From the NCBI RefSeq assembly GCF_028368995.1, contig NZ_JAQNDL010000003.1, forward strand, positions 640,001-704,000: 64,000 nucleotides of DNA, in the 5' to 3' direction. Below the pieces are notes generated by a model. The model saw nothing but the letters and a program-made list of their open reading frames with translations, had not been told where the DNA came from and made no database searches. Of the stretch, positions 32,576 through 43,431 are shown one piece after another. The position numbers were made by a program, and so were the translations under genes. Origin of the DNA: Nannocystis bainbridge (GTDB taxonomy: Bacteria > Myxococcota_A > Polyangia > Nannocystales > Nannocystaceae). The first letter of the stretch is position 1. The number at the start of each line of letters is the position of its first letter.

Positions 32576-33706
32576 TCACAGCGGGCCCGCGGGGACCCGC
32601 CCGGCCAGCATGTCCTGCTCCTGGGCCGCGGAGAACGGCGGCGCCAGCAGGCTCGCGTCGCGCTGGCGCGAGCGAAAGTACTCGAAGATGTAGCGCATGC
32701 GGTCGCCGAGTTGCGACCAGTCGTCGGCCCCCGAGCCCTGCGCCTCCGGCCCGCCGAACCCGAGCCAGTCCTCGACCCGGTCGGCCAGCCCGAGCCGGCG
32801 CTCGCGCGCCTCGTAGGCGCCCAGCTCCTCCGTGAGCTGCACCAGCCGCGGGTGCTCCAGCCGCGCCAGCCCGTCGGGCCACAGCGGCTGCCCCGGCGGC
32901 GCCGGCAGGTCGAAGCCGAGCCGCAGCACCTGCCCCGGCAGCGCCATCGTCATCATCAATTCGGTGGCCGCCCGGCGCACCACCACGCCCAGCGCCGCCG
33001 CCACCGGCCCCTCGACCACGCCCTGCAGGTCGGTCAGCGGGGCCGACAGCGCCCCGGCGATGTACGGCTGGAGCCGCGTCTGCTCGTGCAGCCCGCACAG
33101 CCCGTTGGCCAGCAGCACCAGCTCGGCGCGGATCGCCGGCGAGCGCTCGTGCAGGGCCATGAAGTAGTAGTGAAGCGCCTCGCGCAGCATCGTCTGCCCG
33201 CCCTGCGGCTGCCGCTCCAGCGCCCCGTCGGCCGCGAGCGTCACCACGTCGGGCAGGCTCGGCCCCTCGCTGAAACGCCCCACCACGTCGGCCAGCCGCT
33301 CCTCGGTGCGCGCCGCGGGCTCGGCGAAGGCCGCCGAAAAGGCCGCGAACGCCTCCCCCAGCTCCGCGAACACGATCGTGTTGCCGCCGCCGACGTGGCG
33401 AGCGACCTGCGCCAGCGCCCGCCGCACCGGCGCGCCCACGGCCACGCCGACCGGCAACCCGGGCAGCCGCGCGGCCAGGATCGCCGACACCCCCGCCCCG
33501 AGCTCCTCTTCGCGGATGAACTGCCCGGCCTGCTTCGACGCCCACACGGCGAAGATCGGCCAGGCGAAGTCGCCCTGGCCCAGCAGCTGCGCCATCGCCA
33601 GCGTGAGGCGGTGATACCCGCGTGTGATCAGGAGGTTGCGCAGGACCGGCTGGTCCGCCATCGCCACGATCTCGCGCACCCGCTCGGGCGTGATCCCATC
33701 CACCAT
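32576..33706 (-). CDS. Conserved hypothetical protein (weak DUF2515-like)
   Basis: RNLLITRGY..W..FAVWASKQAG..GN..VFAE..HEQTRLQP motifs; GC3 bias. Confidence 0.7.
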   Translation of the reverse strand: MVDGITPERVREIVAMADQPVLRNLLITRGYHRLTLAMAQLLGQGDFAWPIFAVWASKQAGQFIREEELGAGVSAILAARLPGLPVGVAVGAPVRRALAQVARHVGGGNTIVFAELGEAFAAFSAAFAEPAARTEERLADVVGRFSEGPSLPDVVTLAADGALERQPQGGQTMLREALHYYFMALHERSPAIRAELVLLANGLCGLHEQTRLQPYIAGALSAPLTDLQGVVEGPVAAALGVVVRRAATELMMTMALPGQVLRLGFDLPAPPGQPLWPDGLARLEHPRLVQLTEELGAYEARERRLGLADRVEDWLGFGGPEAQGSGADDWSQLGDRMRYIFEYFRSRQRDASLLAPPFSAAQEQDMLAGRVPAGPL

Positions 33707-33910
33707 CCTCTCATCTTGCCCCGGATTCGCCCGGCAGAGGCCGCTCCCGAGCGGAGCGCCCGCCTCCGCCTCGACGGGCTATCGTGACCCCCGTGCCGAC
33801 TCGCCCACGCCGCTCCCCGCCCCGAACCCGCGGCGTGCGCGTCGCGGAGCCGCGCGTCTGCTCCACGCGACCGGCCCGCGCGAACGAACCCGCGAGCCAA
33901 CCCGCGTCCA

Positions 33911-34050
33911 CGAGCCCACTCTCGCAACCTACGTCCGCGCGACTTCGCCTCGCCTCTGCGAGCCCGCTCTCGCAACCTCTGCCCGCACGACTCCGCCTCG
34001 CCGCCGCTTCCCTGCTCTCGCAACCGCCCGCCCGGCCTCGCCCGCCTCGT
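33911..34050. repeat. Degenerate tandem repeat, 3 x 48 bp (CTCTCGCAACC core)
   Basis: Core at 33919, 33967, 34015. Confidence 0.7.
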
Positions 34051-34083
34051 CCCGCGCCGAGCTCCGCGGTCCGCCTCGCGCTC

Positions 34084-35766
34084 ATGCTCCTGTGCGTGCT
34101 CGCCGGCGCCTGTCGCCCGCGCGCCGAGGAGCCGCCGGCCGAGGACCGCGTCGTCCTCTCGATCGTCGGCACCAGCGACCTCCACGGCCACCTGCGCGCC
34201 CTCCCGCTGCTGGCCGCCCACCTCGAAGCGCTGCGACGCGAGCGCGCCGGGGCCGGCGGCGGCGTCGTCCTGGTCGACGCCGGCGACATGTTCCAGGGCA
34301 CCCTCGAGTCGAACCTCGTCGAGGGCGCCAGCGTCGTCGATGCCTACGCCGCGCTCGGCTACGACGCCGTGACCATCGGCAACCACGAGTTCGATTTCGG
34401 TCCGATCGGCCCGAGGGCTACTGCCACGCCGCCGTTCGGCGCAGGCGAGGCCGACCCGCGCGGGGCCCTGCTGGCGCGCATCGTTCAAGCCCCGTTCCCC
34501 TTCCTGTCGGCCAACCTGCGCCGCAAGGACAGCGCACCGCTGGGCCTCGGCGTGCCCTCGCAGATGATCGAGCGCGCCGGCATCAAGGTCGGCATCGTCG
34601 GCGTGACCACCGAGGCCACCCCGCACACCACCATCGCCGCCAACGTCGCCGACCTCGAGGTCGCCCCGCTGGCCGCCGCGATCGCCAGCGAGGCCGCCTC
34701 GCTGCGCGCCCGCGGGGCCGCGGTGATCGTCGTCGCGGCGCACGCCGGCGGCCGCTGCACCGGCTTCGCCGACCCCGACGACCTGGCGGTCTGCGAGGCC
34801 GACCACGAGATCATGGCCGTCGCCCGCGCCCTCCCGCCCGGCGCCGTCGACGTCATCGTCGCTGGCCACACCCACCAGGCCATGGCCCACCGCGTCGCCG
34901 GTGTGGCGATCGTCCAGTCGTACGCGCTCGGGGTCGCCTTCGGCCGCGTCGACCTGGTCGTCGATAAAACTTCGGGACATGTCGTATCGAACATGGTCCA
35001 CGCGCCACGTCGCCTGTGCGCCGCGGCCGAGGCCGACCCCGACGATCCGCTGTCGGTCTGCGATCCACGCGACGACGACGGCCGGCCCCTGACGCCCGAC
35101 CCCGCGGTGGCCGCCGTGATCGCCCCGGCCCTGGCGACCGCCGACGCGATGCGCGAGCGCCCGCTCGGGCCGACGATCGCCGCCCCGTTCGTGGCCCGAC
35201 GCCGCGGCGAGAACGCCGTCGGCAACCTGTTCGTCGACCTCATGCTGCGGGCCCGGCCCGACGCCGACGTCGCCATCATCAACGGCGGTGGCGTGCGCGC
35301 CGACCTGCCCGCCGGACCGCTGCGCTACGGGGCGCTGTACGAGGCGTTCCCGTTCGACAACCGGTTCGCCCGCGTGAAGCTGCGCGCCGGCGACTTCGCG
35401 GCGATGATCGCCGGCAGCCTCGGCGGCGGCGCCTTCTTCTCGCTCGGCGGCCTGGACGCGGTCGCCACCTGCGACGGCCCCGACCTCCGCGTCAGCCTGC
35501 AGGCCGCCGGGGTCACGCTCGCGGCGGATCAGGAGATCGTGGTGCTCGCCAGCGACTTCCTGGCCACCGGCGGCGACCGGGCCTTCGCCGGCCTGCAGGA
35601 GCGCGGCCTGGCGACCGTCACGCTCGAGGAGGACCCACCGCTGCGCGAGGCCCTGGCCGCCGAGCTCGAGAAGCTCGGCCCCGCCACGCTGGCGCCGCTC
35701 GCCTACCACGACCCCGAGCACCCGCGGATCCGCGCCCCCGGCGAGCCACCGGTCCGCTGCCCGTGA
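34084..35766 (+). CDS. Bifunctional metallophosphatase / 5'-nucleotidase lipoprotein
   Basis: TSDLHG, DAGD.FQG, GNHEFD, AGHTH, NGGGVR, PFDN, FLATGGD; start uncertain. Confidence 0.9.
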   Translation: MLLCVLAGACRPRAEEPPAEDRVVLSIVGTSDLHGHLRALPLLAAHLEALRRERAGAGGGVVLVDAGDMFQGTLESNLVEGASVVDAYAALGYDAVTIGNHEFDFGPIGPRATATPPFGAGEADPRGALLARIVQAPFPFLSANLRRKDSAPLGLGVPSQMIERAGIKVGIVGVTTEATPHTTIAANVADLEVAPLAAAIASEAASLRARGAAVIVVAAHAGGRCTGFADPDDLAVCEADHEIMAVARALPPGAVDVIVAGHTHQAMAHRVAGVAIVQSYALGVAFGRVDLVVDKTSGHVVSNMVHAPRRLCAAAEADPDDPLSVCDPRDDDGRPLTPDPAVAAVIAPALATADAMRERPLGPTIAAPFVARRRGENAVGNLFVDLMLRARPDADVAIINGGGVRADLPAGPLRYGALYEAFPFDNRFARVKLRAGDFAAMIAGSLGGGAFFSLGGLDAVATCDGPDLRVSLQAAGVTLAADQEIVVLASDFLATGGDRAFAGLQERGLATVTLEEDPPLREALAAELEKLGPATLAPLAYHDPEHPRIRAPGEPPVRCP

Positions 35767-35795
35767 CCGCGGCGAGCTCCGGAGGCCCGCGCTGC

Positions 35796-35965
35796 AGCAT
35801 GTCCACGAGGACATGCCCTGTGAGGCATGTCCTTTAGAGCATGCCCCCTTCGACATGCCCCCTTCGACATGTCCCCTTCGACATGTCCCTTTCGACGAGC
35901 GCCGGCTGACGCGGGCCCACGAACTCAATTTTTAAGAACATGTCCCGCGCTACATGACCCGAGGG
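35796..35965. repeat. 14-bp phased array, 7 units plus a second dyad
   Basis: Cores at 35796, 35810, 35824, 35838, 35852, 35866, 35880; a further pair near 35937/35951. Confidence 0.93.
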
Positions 35966-36115
35966 CCACCCGCCGCCGCGCCGCGCCTCTCGCCGCGACT
36001 CGGCCGCGACTCCCCGGCGCGCCGGCGTTCACCGCCAAAACGCCTGCCTGCGGCGAGCGAGATCTTCCTGGCGTGAAGTCGCCGGAGGATTGTGCGGCGA
36101 GCGTCTGGAAAACTC

Positions 36116-37411
36116 TCAAGCTTCGAGTTCGCGGACCTCGGCGAGGCCGCGAGCCACCAGGCGGTCCCACACCAGCTTGAGGGCCACCATCCCTGCCGTG
36201 TGCTGGATGAGCGCCCGGTCGCCCCACAGTTGCACGCGCTTGTGCGTGCACGTCTCGGCGTCCGCGACCGCGAAGTCGACCGTGCCGACCGGCTTCTCGG
36301 GCGAGCCGCCGCCGGGTCCGGCGATACCGGTGATGCTGACGGCCAGATCGACGCCCAGCGCCCGTCGCGCGCCCTCGGCCATCTCGCGCGCCACCGGTTC
36401 GGACACCGCCCCATGGGTGGCGAGACTGTCCTCCGTGACCCCCAAGATCCCCGTCTTCACGCTGTTGGCGTAGGCCACCACCCCGCCGAGGACCACGTCC
36501 GAGGAGCCGGCCACAGCGGTGAGCCGCGCGGCCACCCGTCCCCCGGTACAGGACTCGGCGGTGCCGAGGGTGAGGCCCGCCTGGCGACAGGCGGCCAGCA
36601 CCCGCACCTCGAGCTCGGCCTCGCCGATGCCGTAGAGCGAGCGGCCGAGCGCCGCCTCGAACGGGGCGTCGAAGCTGCGCAGCTCCTCTTCCGTGGCCCG
36701 GGCCCCGCCCTCGCCGGCCAGCGCCTCGAGGATCAGCAGCACCTGCGGCGTCGCGGCCCGGTAGTGGAGGTAGACGGCCGCGAGCCCCGCCGAGCGGGCC
36801 CGCGCCGCGGCAAGAATCGGCTCCACGTCGACCGCCACGGCCGATTCGCCGCGGCCGATCAGGCGATACACGCGCCGCAGCGGCTCGGGCAGGGCGAACC
36901 GCCGGCGCAGCCGCGGCTCGATCTGCTCGGCCATCATCTTCTTCATCTCGCGCGGGACCCCGGGCATGCAGGCCACGAGGGTGCCGCGCGGCAGGTCGAC
37001 GGCGAAGCCCGGGGCCGTACCGACCGGGTTCGGCAACACGTCGCAGCCCGCCGGCAGGTCGGCCTGCTTGCGATTGATGTCCGGCATGGGTCGGCCGAAG
37101 CCGGCGAACACGGCCGCGATCGCGGCCTCGGAGGCGGCGTCGCGGACCAGCGGGACGCCGGCGGCGAGCGCGACGGCCTCGGCGGTGAGGTCGTCCGACG
37201 TGGGGCCGAGGCCGCCGGAGACGAGGCAGAGATCGACCGCGCCGTCGCCGACGGCGGCCACGATCTCGGGGATCCGGTCGCGGACCGAAAGCGCCCGGAC
37301 GACCTCGAAGCCCAGGCGTCGACAGCGTTCGCCGAGGTACGCCAGGTTGGTGTTGACCGTGTCTCCAGCCAACAATTCGTCGCCGATGGTGAGGATCTGG
37401 GCCGTGGGCAT
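36116..37411 (-). CDS. cinA: CinA (competence/damage-inducible; NMN deamidase)
   Basis: [50 protein letters not shown]...KPVG. Confidence 0.95.
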   Translation of the reverse strand: MPTAQILTIGDELLAGDTVNTNLAYLGERCRRLGFEVVRALSVRDRIPEIVAAVGDGAVDLCLVSGGLGPTSDDLTAEAVALAAGVPLVRDAASEAAIAAVFAGFGRPMPDINRKQADLPAGCDVLPNPVGTAPGFAVDLPRGTLVACMPGVPREMKKMMAEQIEPRLRRRFALPEPLRRVYRLIGRGESAVAVDVEPILAAARARSAGLAAVYLHYRAATPQVLLILEALAGEGGARATEEELRSFDAPFEAALGRSLYGIGEAELEVRVLAACRQAGLTLGTAESCTGGRVAARLTAVAGSSDVVLGGVVAYANSVKTGILGVTEDSLATHGAVSEPVAREMAEGARRALGVDLAVSITGIAGPGGGSPEKPVGTVDFAVADAETCTHKRVQLWGDRALIQHTAGMVALKLVWDRLVARGLAEVRELEA

Positions 37412-37548
37412 CGCCCGGGCACCCTAGCACCCCTCTGCGCGCGACGGCCTGGGCGCGGGTGGCTCGGCGGTGCGGGCTGGAGCGCCCTCCGCGCGCCCGG
37501 TCGCCGGTCTTTCCGCGCTTGCGAGGGTCCGCTAGGATAAACGCCACC

Positions 37549-38307
37549 GTGCGACTTCGTTACGCTGCCAAGACCGATGTGGGCATGAAGCGCGCCCACA
37601 ACGAGGATTACTTCTCGCTGATCGAAGACGAGAAGGTGTTCCTGGTCGCCGATGGCATGGGCGGGCACGCGTGCGGCGAGGTCGCGAGCAAGCTCTCCGG
37701 CGACGTGATCAGCGAGTTCTACATGCACTCGAAGGACATGGACGCGACGTGGCCGTACCGCTACGACCCGAACCTGTCCTATCCCGAGAACCGCATGGTC
37801 GCCGCCGTGAGGCTGGCCAACGCGCGCATCTACGACGCCGCGCAAAAGAACCCGAACCTGCGCGGCATGGGCACCACGATCGTCGGCTGCATGTTCGTCG
37901 GCGACCACGTCTACATCTCCCACGTCGGCGACTCGCGCTGCTACCGGATCAACGCCGAGATCAAGCAGCTCACGCGCGACCACTCGCTGCTCGAGGACTA
38001 CAAGGACGCGCGGCCCGACATGAGCGAGGAAGAGGCCCGCAACTTCCCGCACAAGAACGTCATCACGCGCGCGCTCGGCATGCGCGACACGGTCCAGGTC
38101 GACATCACCAAGCACCAGGTGAACGACGGCGACCAGTTCGTGCTCTGCTCCGACGGCCTGTCGGGCATGGTCGACGACAAGACGATCTTCAAGATCGTGC
38201 GCGAGGCCAGCACCCTCGAGAACGCGGTCGCCGAGCTGATCGAGCAGGCCAACCGCGCCGGCGGGACCGACAACATCACCGCCATGCTGATCCAGTGCAA
38301 CCTCTGA
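37549..38307 (+). CDS. PP2C-type Ser/Thr phosphatase (Stp1/Pph1-like)
   Basis: [41 protein letters not shown]. Confidence 0.95.
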   Translation: MRLRYAAKTDVGMKRAHNEDYFSLIEDEKVFLVADGMGGHACGEVASKLSGDVISEFYMHSKDMDATWPYRYDPNLSYPENRMVAAVRLANARIYDAAQKNPNLRGMGTTIVGCMFVGDHVYISHVGDSRCYRINAEIKQLTRDHSLLEDYKDARPDMSEEEARNFPHKNVITRALGMRDTVQVDITKHQVNDGDQFVLCSDGLSGMVDDKTIFKIVREASTLENAVAELIEQANRAGGTDNITAMLIQCNL

Positions 38308-38371
38308 CCTGCGGCGCCCACCGGCTCCGCGGCTCGCTCGCTCCCCACCCCATCTTCACGGGTGAATTCTC

Positions 38372-38758
38372 GTGACCACAGACTCTCCCGCCAATCGCCG
38401 CGCCGAGGCCCGCCACCCGGTCCACTTCGAGGTCGACTGCACCTCGGGTGACACCTTTCTCTACGCCCACATCACCGACATCTCGTCGATGGGCATCTTC
38501 ATCTCGACCGACAAGCCGCTGCCGGTCGGCACCGCGCTGCAGCTCGCGTTCACGCCGCGCGCCGACGCCGGCCAGCCGACGCCGCAGCGGCTCGAGCTGA
38601 CGGGCGAGGTCATGTGGAGCACGACCGGGCAGGTCGCGCCCGACAAGCCGGGCATGGGCGTGCGCTTCGATCACGCCGCCCCGAAGACGCGCAGCCGCCT
38701 GCTCGAGCTGGTGCGCGCGATCGCGTACCTCGACGTCACGACCGACATCAAGCCCTGA
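38372..38758 (+). CDS. PilZ domain protein (myxobacterial TIGR02266-like)
   Basis: RR.E.R..., DISSMG.FI, G.V.W...PGMGVRF. Confidence 0.88.
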   Translation: MTTDSPANRRAEARHPVHFEVDCTSGDTFLYAHITDISSMGIFISTDKPLPVGTALQLAFTPRADAGQPTPQRLELTGEVMWSTTGQVAPDKPGMGVRFDHAAPKTRSRLLELVRAIAYLDVTTDIKP

Positions 38759-38800
38759 GCCCGGCCTCCGCCCGGGCGCTCTCTCGCCCTGCTGGCCCGT

Positions 38801-41800
38801 ATGTCCCTTCGGACACCCAACGACCGTCCCGGCGGCGAGGCCGGAGGCGACGAGCCGTCCGTCGAGCCGCGACGGATCGGCCGGTTCGCCCTGCTCAGAC
38901 GTCTCGGCGCCGGGACGATGGGCGTGGTCTATGCCGCCTACGACCCGCAGCTCGACCGCAAGGTCGCGGTCAAGCTGCTGAAGCGCAGCGACGGCGGCGA
39001 GACGAGCACGCGCTGGCAAGACCGGCTGCTGCGCGAGGCCCAGGCGCTGGCCAAGCTGTCGCACCCCAACGTGGTCCAGATCCACGAGGTCGGCTTCCAC
39101 GGCGACGAGGTGTTCGTCGCCATGGAGTTCGTCACCGGGATGACCCTTCGGACATGGCTCTCGGAGCAGCGTCGGAGCTGGCGCGAGGTCGCGGCGGTGT
39201 TCGCCCAGGCGGCGCGCGGGCTGGCGGCGGCGCACGCGGCCGGGCTGGTCCACCGCGACGTGAAGCCCGACAACATCCTGGTCGGTGACGACGGCCGGGT
39301 CCGCGTGGTCGACTTCGGGCTGGTCCGCTTCGGCGACGAGGACGACGAGGAGCACACCGACGAGGTCCCGCTGGCGCGGGCGCACGCGACCCGCACGGCC
39401 TCGGGGATCTTGCTGGGGACGCCGGCGTACATGTCGCCGGAGCAGTTCCGCGGCCGCCCGGCCGACGCGCTGTCGGATCAGTTCAGCCTGTGCGTGGCGC
39501 TCTACGAGGCGCTGCACGGCGAGCGGCCGTTCGCCGGCGAGACCGCCGACGAGGTCGCGCACGCGGTCGTGCGCGGCCAGCTGGCGCCGCGGCTCGAGCG
39601 ACCGGTTCCGGCCTGGCTGCAGCGGCTGGTGCTGCGCGGCCTGGCCCACGACCCCGGCGCGCGCTGGCCCGGCCTCGACGCCCTGGCCGCCGAGCTGGCC
39701 CGCGACCACGGCCGCCGTCGCCGCGTCGTAGCGATCGCGACCGCCACGACGGCCGCGCTCGTGGCCGTGCTCGCGGCTGTCCTTTGGGTCAGCTCGTGGC
39801 GCGACCGCGAGGCCCAGGCCCAGGCCGAGGCGCTGGCCGCCGGGCGCCTGCGCGCGGCCGAGGACAGCATCGACGAGTTCCTCCGCGCCGGTCGCCAGGC
39901 CGACGCCGCCGCCGTGCTCGACGCCTTCGTCGCCGTGCCCGAGCACCGCACCACCCGCGCCCTCGCCGACGCCCTGCGCAGCTGGGGCGACCGCATGCGC
40001 GCCCGCGACGACATCCCGGCCGCCCGCGCCGCCTATGCCCGCGCCTACGCGGCCGCGCTCGACACCACCGCCGAGCGCACGATCCTCGGCGACTTCGTGC
40101 GCCTGTTCCACGAGCAGTGGTCGTGGGACCAGCTCGGCAACCTGTGCACCCTGCTCGCCGGCCAGGCGCCCGCGAGCCCGTGGGCCGGACGCTGCGCCGA
40201 GGCGGCGTTCGCCCGCCGTGACTTCGCCGCGATCGCCGAGGCCCGCGCGCGCACGCCCGGCGATCCGACCCTCACCGACCTCGCGCCGCTGGCCGCCGCC
40301 TGGGCCGTGGCCACCCCGCTCGGCCACGATGTCCTCGGCGCCGGCACCCTCTCGCCGCCCGGCGCCGCGGAGCCCGAGCTCTACCTCCACGTCGACAGCC
40401 CCGCGCCCGGCCGCCTCGACGTCGTCCGCCCGACCCCCGCGCTGCCGCCGGTGCGCAGCTACGCGCTGCCGAGCCGGTTGCCCGCGCGCCTGCAGCCCCT
40501 GTCTCTCGGGCCAGGTCAGCCGCCGCTGCTGGTCACCTGGAGCGCCGCCCACCGCCGCGTCTCGCTGGCGGCCGCCGGCCCCGAGCGCCTGGCCGAGCTG
40601 ATCAGCGTCACCGGCGACGAGCCGCTCGGGGCCGCCGTCGCCGACCTCGACGGCGACGGCGCGCGCGAGGTCTACGTCGGCACCGGTCCGTACGGGCGGG
40701 TGCTCCTGTCCTTTCGGACAGGAGCCGACGGGACCTGGCGCGTCGACCATCCGCACCCCGAGACCGACGCTACCAACTCCGACATCAACGCGGTGATCGC
40801 CGCCGACCTCGACGGCGACGGCGCCGAGGAGCTGGCGATCGCCGCCGGTCCGTGGCGCGCCTTCGACGTCCGCGTGCTCCGCCCCGGCAAGGGCCGCGCG
40901 CTCGAGTTGGTCGCGCGCCGCAAGCTCGGCGCCGTGGTCGGCCTCGCCCCGCTGCGCACCGCCGCCGGCGAGCTCCTGCTCGTCGCCGCCAAGACCGACT
41001 ACTACCCGAGCAAGATCGCCTTCTCCGCCGAGAACCCCACCGGGCCGCCCGCCGGCGTTTATCTGCTGCGCCTCGCCGGCCGCGAGCTCGAGACCGTGCA
41101 GTTCCTGCCCGCGCCGCGTCGCGCCGGCGCGGCCGCCCCGGTCGACCTGCACCGGCTCTACGTCGGCGACCTCGACGGCGACGGCCTCGACGACATCCTG
41201 CTCGGCGTCCACGACCCCGAGCTGCAGCCGGGCTTCAGCGTGATCCACCGCCAGCGCCGCGACGGCAGCTTCGGCGCGGCGATCCTGGCCGGCTTCCAGC
41301 CGGTCGCGCTGGTCGAGGTCGACGGCGACCCGGCGGCGGAGTTGGTCGTGCGCACCACGGTGGCGACCACCAGCCAGGAGTCGTGGCTGCTCGGCGCCGG
41401 CGACGAGGCCACGCCGACGCTGCCGCTCGCGCGCGCGCCCCAGTCGGCGCCGACGCCCGCGCTGGCCGATCCGCTGCTGGCCCGGGCGTGGGAGCGCGCC
41501 GAGGAGCTGGCCAGGCTCGACCTGTCCTCCGAGGCAGCTCGCGCCCTCGACGACCTCGCCGGCCTCCTGCCCGACGCGCCGCGCACCGCCGCGCGCCTGC
41601 GGGCCGCCGCGCTGCACGAGGCCGCCGGCGATCACCTCGCCGCCGCCGAGCGGTTCGAGCAACTCGGCGAGCAGACCGACGCGCTGCTCGGGGCGGCCCG
41701 CGCCTACGAGCGGGCCGGTCGGTTCGCCGACGCCCTGCGAGTGACGCGGCTCCTCGCCAAGCGCGACGACCTGCCGCGCGCCGATGCGGCCCACGTGCGC

Positions 41801-43183
41801 GACCGCGTGGCCCAGCTGGCCGGGATCGTCGAGGACGTCGAGGTCGTCGCCCTGCGCTTCGACCAGCCGCTGGCGACGCCGTGGCAGATCGACGACCCGA
41901 CCACCGCGCACCAGGACCTCGTCGGCCAGCACCTGCAGATCGACGCCTTCGCCGGCCACGGCCCGATCGCCCGCTTCCCGTTCGAGTGGTCGACCGGCCC
42001 GCTCGGCCTCCAGGTCGACCTCGCGCTCGAGCGCGGGGAGTGGGGCTCGGGCCTGGTGATCGGCGTGCGCCCGGTCGGCAGCCCGGCCCTGCTGTCGGCC
42101 GTGCGCATCGACATCATCGGCGGCGGCGGCATGTTCCGCCGCCGCCACCTGTGCCAGGTCGCGGGCCTCGAGGAGCACATCCTGACCCAGGAGTCAGGCG
42201 AAGATCCGGCCCGCCCCGGCCACCTCCGCCTCACCCTCGAGCTGCTGCCCGAGCTGGGCCAGATCGTCTGCAGCGCCGTCGTCGACGGCGTCCGCCACGA
42301 GCGTCGCTCGCGGCTCACCACCGAGGCCATGCCGCCGCCGGGCCGCTACGAGCTGGTCGTCATGCCGAGCAGCTTCGGCGACCCGGCCAGCCTGTGGAGC
42401 TCGGCCAAGCTGCGCGCGCTGACCCTCCGCGGGGCCCGCCGCAGCGCCGCGACCGAGGAGTCGGCGATCGCCTACGCGGCGCGCCTGCTGGTCCAGGGCG
42501 AGGCCGAGTCGGCGCTGGTCGAGCTCGAGCGGCTCCCGGGCGACGACCCGAAGCTGGCGATCTGGCGCGCGCTGGCGCTGTCGGAGCTCGGCCGCTGGCA
42601 CGAGGCCACCGCGGCCCTGCGGCCCGGCCTGCTCGAACACCCGTCGGCCCGCGCGGCCCTGCTCGGCCTGATGCGCGCGCGCCGGCAGACGATCGCCCCG
42701 CTGGTCCGCGCCGCCTTCGGCACCGGCTACTTCCGCCTGTTCTGGGAGGCGATGGACGACGTGCTGCGCCACCACGGCGACCCGCTGATCGAGCGCACGC
42801 TGACGACCGATCTGTCGGACCTCGGCGAGTTCCGCCCGGCCGCCGGCGACGTCGATGGACATGTCCTCAAGGTCAGGTTGCTGTTCGAGCGCGGCCGGGC
42901 CTGGAGCGCGCTGAAGCAGGAGCAGCGGGCCCGCGTCGACCTGGCCGCCGCCGCGGCGCTGGCCGCCCTGCTGCCGGCCGCCCGCCGCACCGACCTCGAC
43001 ATCGACTACGAGCGCGCCGCCCTCGAGGCGGTGGCCGGCCGCCGCGACGCCGCCCGCGAATTCGCCGACCGCGCCCTCCGCAACGCCCCCGCCCGCGAGC
43101 TGATGGCCGACCGCATCCGCTTCGACCCCCGCTTCGCCGCCCTCGCCGACGACGCCGCCTGGCAGGCGCTGCTCGGCAACTAG
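38801..43183 (+). CDS. Membrane Ser/Thr protein kinase with FG-GAP/VCBS repeats and TPR-like helices
   Basis: [36 protein letters not shown]; TM helix; DLDGDG repeats. Confidence 0.92.
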   Translation: MSLRTPNDRPGGEAGGDEPSVEPRRIGRFALLRRLGAGTMGVVYAAYDPQLDRKVAVKLLKRSDGGETSTRWQDRLLREAQALAKLSHPNVVQIHEVGFHGDEVFVAMEFVTGMTLRTWLSEQRRSWREVAAVFAQAARGLAAAHAAGLVHRDVKPDNILVGDDGRVRVVDFGLVRFGDEDDEEHTDEVPLARAHATRTASGILLGTPAYMSPEQFRGRPADALSDQFSLCVALYEALHGERPFAGETADEVAHAVVRGQLAPRLERPVPAWLQRLVLRGLAHDPGARWPGLDALAAELARDHGRRRRVVAIATATTAALVAVLAAVLWVSSWRDREAQAQAEALAAGRLRAAEDSIDEFLRAGRQADAAAVLDAFVAVPEHRTTRALADALRSWGDRMRARDDIPAARAAYARAYAAALDTTAERTILGDFVRLFHEQWSWDQLGNLCTLLAGQAPASPWAGRCAEAAFARRDFAAIAEARARTPGDPTLTDLAPLAAAWAVATPLGHDVLGAGTLSPPGAAEPELYLHVDSPAPGRLDVVRPTPALPPVRSYALPSRLPARLQPLSLGPGQPPLLVTWSAAHRRVSLAAAGPERLAELISVTGDEPLGAAVADLDGDGAREVYVGTGPYGRVLLSFRTGADGTWRVDHPHPETDATNSDINAVIAADLDGDGAEELAIAAGPWRAFDVRVLRPGKGRALELVARRKLGAVVGLAPLRTAAGELLLVAAKTDYYPSKIAFSAENPTGPPAGVYLLRLAGRELETVQFLPAPRRAGAAAPVDLHRLYVGDLDGDGLDDILLGVHDPELQPGFSVIHRQRRDGSFGAAILAGFQPVALVEVDGDPAAELVVRTTVATTSQESWLLGAGDEATPTLPLARAPQSAPTPALADPLLARAWERAEELARLDLSSEAARALDDLAGLLPDAPRTAARLRAAALHEAAGDHLAAAERFEQLGEQTDALLGAARAYERAGRFADALRVTRLLAKRDDLPRADAAHVRDRVAQLAGIVEDVEVVALRFDQPLATPWQIDDPTTAHQDLVGQHLQIDAFAGHGPIARFPFEWSTGPLGLQVDLALERGEWGSGLVIGVRPVGSPALLSAVRIDIIGGGGMFRRRHLCQVAGLEEHILTQESGEDPARPGHLRLTLELLPELGQIVCSAVVDGVRHERRSRLTTEAMPPPGRYELVVMPSSFGDPASLWSSAKLRALTLRGARRSAATEESAIAYAARLLVQGEAESALVELERLPGDDPKLAIWRALALSELGRWHEATAALRPGLLEHPSARAALLGLMRARRQTIAPLVRAAFGTGYFRLFWEAMDDVLRHHGDPLIERTLTTDLSDLGEFRPAAGDVDGHVLKVRLLFERGRAWSALKQEQRARVDLAAAAALAALLPAARRTDLDIDYERAALEAVAGRRDAAREFADRALRNAPARELMADRIRFDPRFAALADDAAWQALLGN

Positions 43184-43191
43184 CCCGAACG

Positions 43192-43431
43192 GACATGTTC
43201 TGAAGATTATGCTCCGAGAGACATGCTCGATGGAGCATGTCCTTTAGGACCTATGATCGACCCGTTTCACGACCGTGCCGCGGGTCTGGCGACGAAGAGC
43301 CGGACTCCCGAAGGCCTGACGCCCGCGGCGGTCCTCCGTCGCGCAGCCCTCGACGCCGACTGACCAATCTTTAAGAACATGTCCCTTCGATCATGCTCGA
43401 TCGAGCATGCCCGAAGAGACATCCTCTTCAC
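43192..43431. repeat. Two 14-bp phased arrays (5 and 4 units)
   Basis: Cores at 43192/43206/43220/43234/43248 and 43376/43390/43404/43418. Confidence 0.9.

Noticed and set aside
33784-34083. N-terminal extension of the 5'-nucleotidase ORF (likewise the extensions on nagZ, moxR, the amidohydrolase and the zinc-ribbon gene)
   Set aside because: These run through repeats or neighbouring genes; downstream starts fit the signal peptides, RBS or -10 elements better.
35796-35893. Resemblance of the cores to the eukaryotic p53 half-site RRRCATGYYY
   Set aside because: Sequence coincidence; no p53-like gene is evident and the context is bacterial.
35796-35893. 14-bp arrays as MrpC/CRP-type sites
   Set aside because: As I recall, the MrpC consensus has an 8-bp gap after TGTY, whereas these have 6 bp, and tandem abutting arrays do not fit. 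Not formally excluded without a PWM scan.
40703-40722. 14-bp dyads as enterobacterial LexA boxes (CTGT-N8-ACAG geometry matches here)
   Set aside because: The sites are scattered through unrelated genes and convergent gaps, mostly read ATGY/RCAT, and are absent from the recA promoter, which has a different box.
38276-42178. Long antisense or alternative-frame ORFs (also 10411-13173, 21996-24773, 23251-25629, 47391-49640, 33628-35928)
   Set aside because: Shadow ORFs expected in very high-GC DNA opposite well-supported genes; Arg/Gly/Ala-rich with no motifs.
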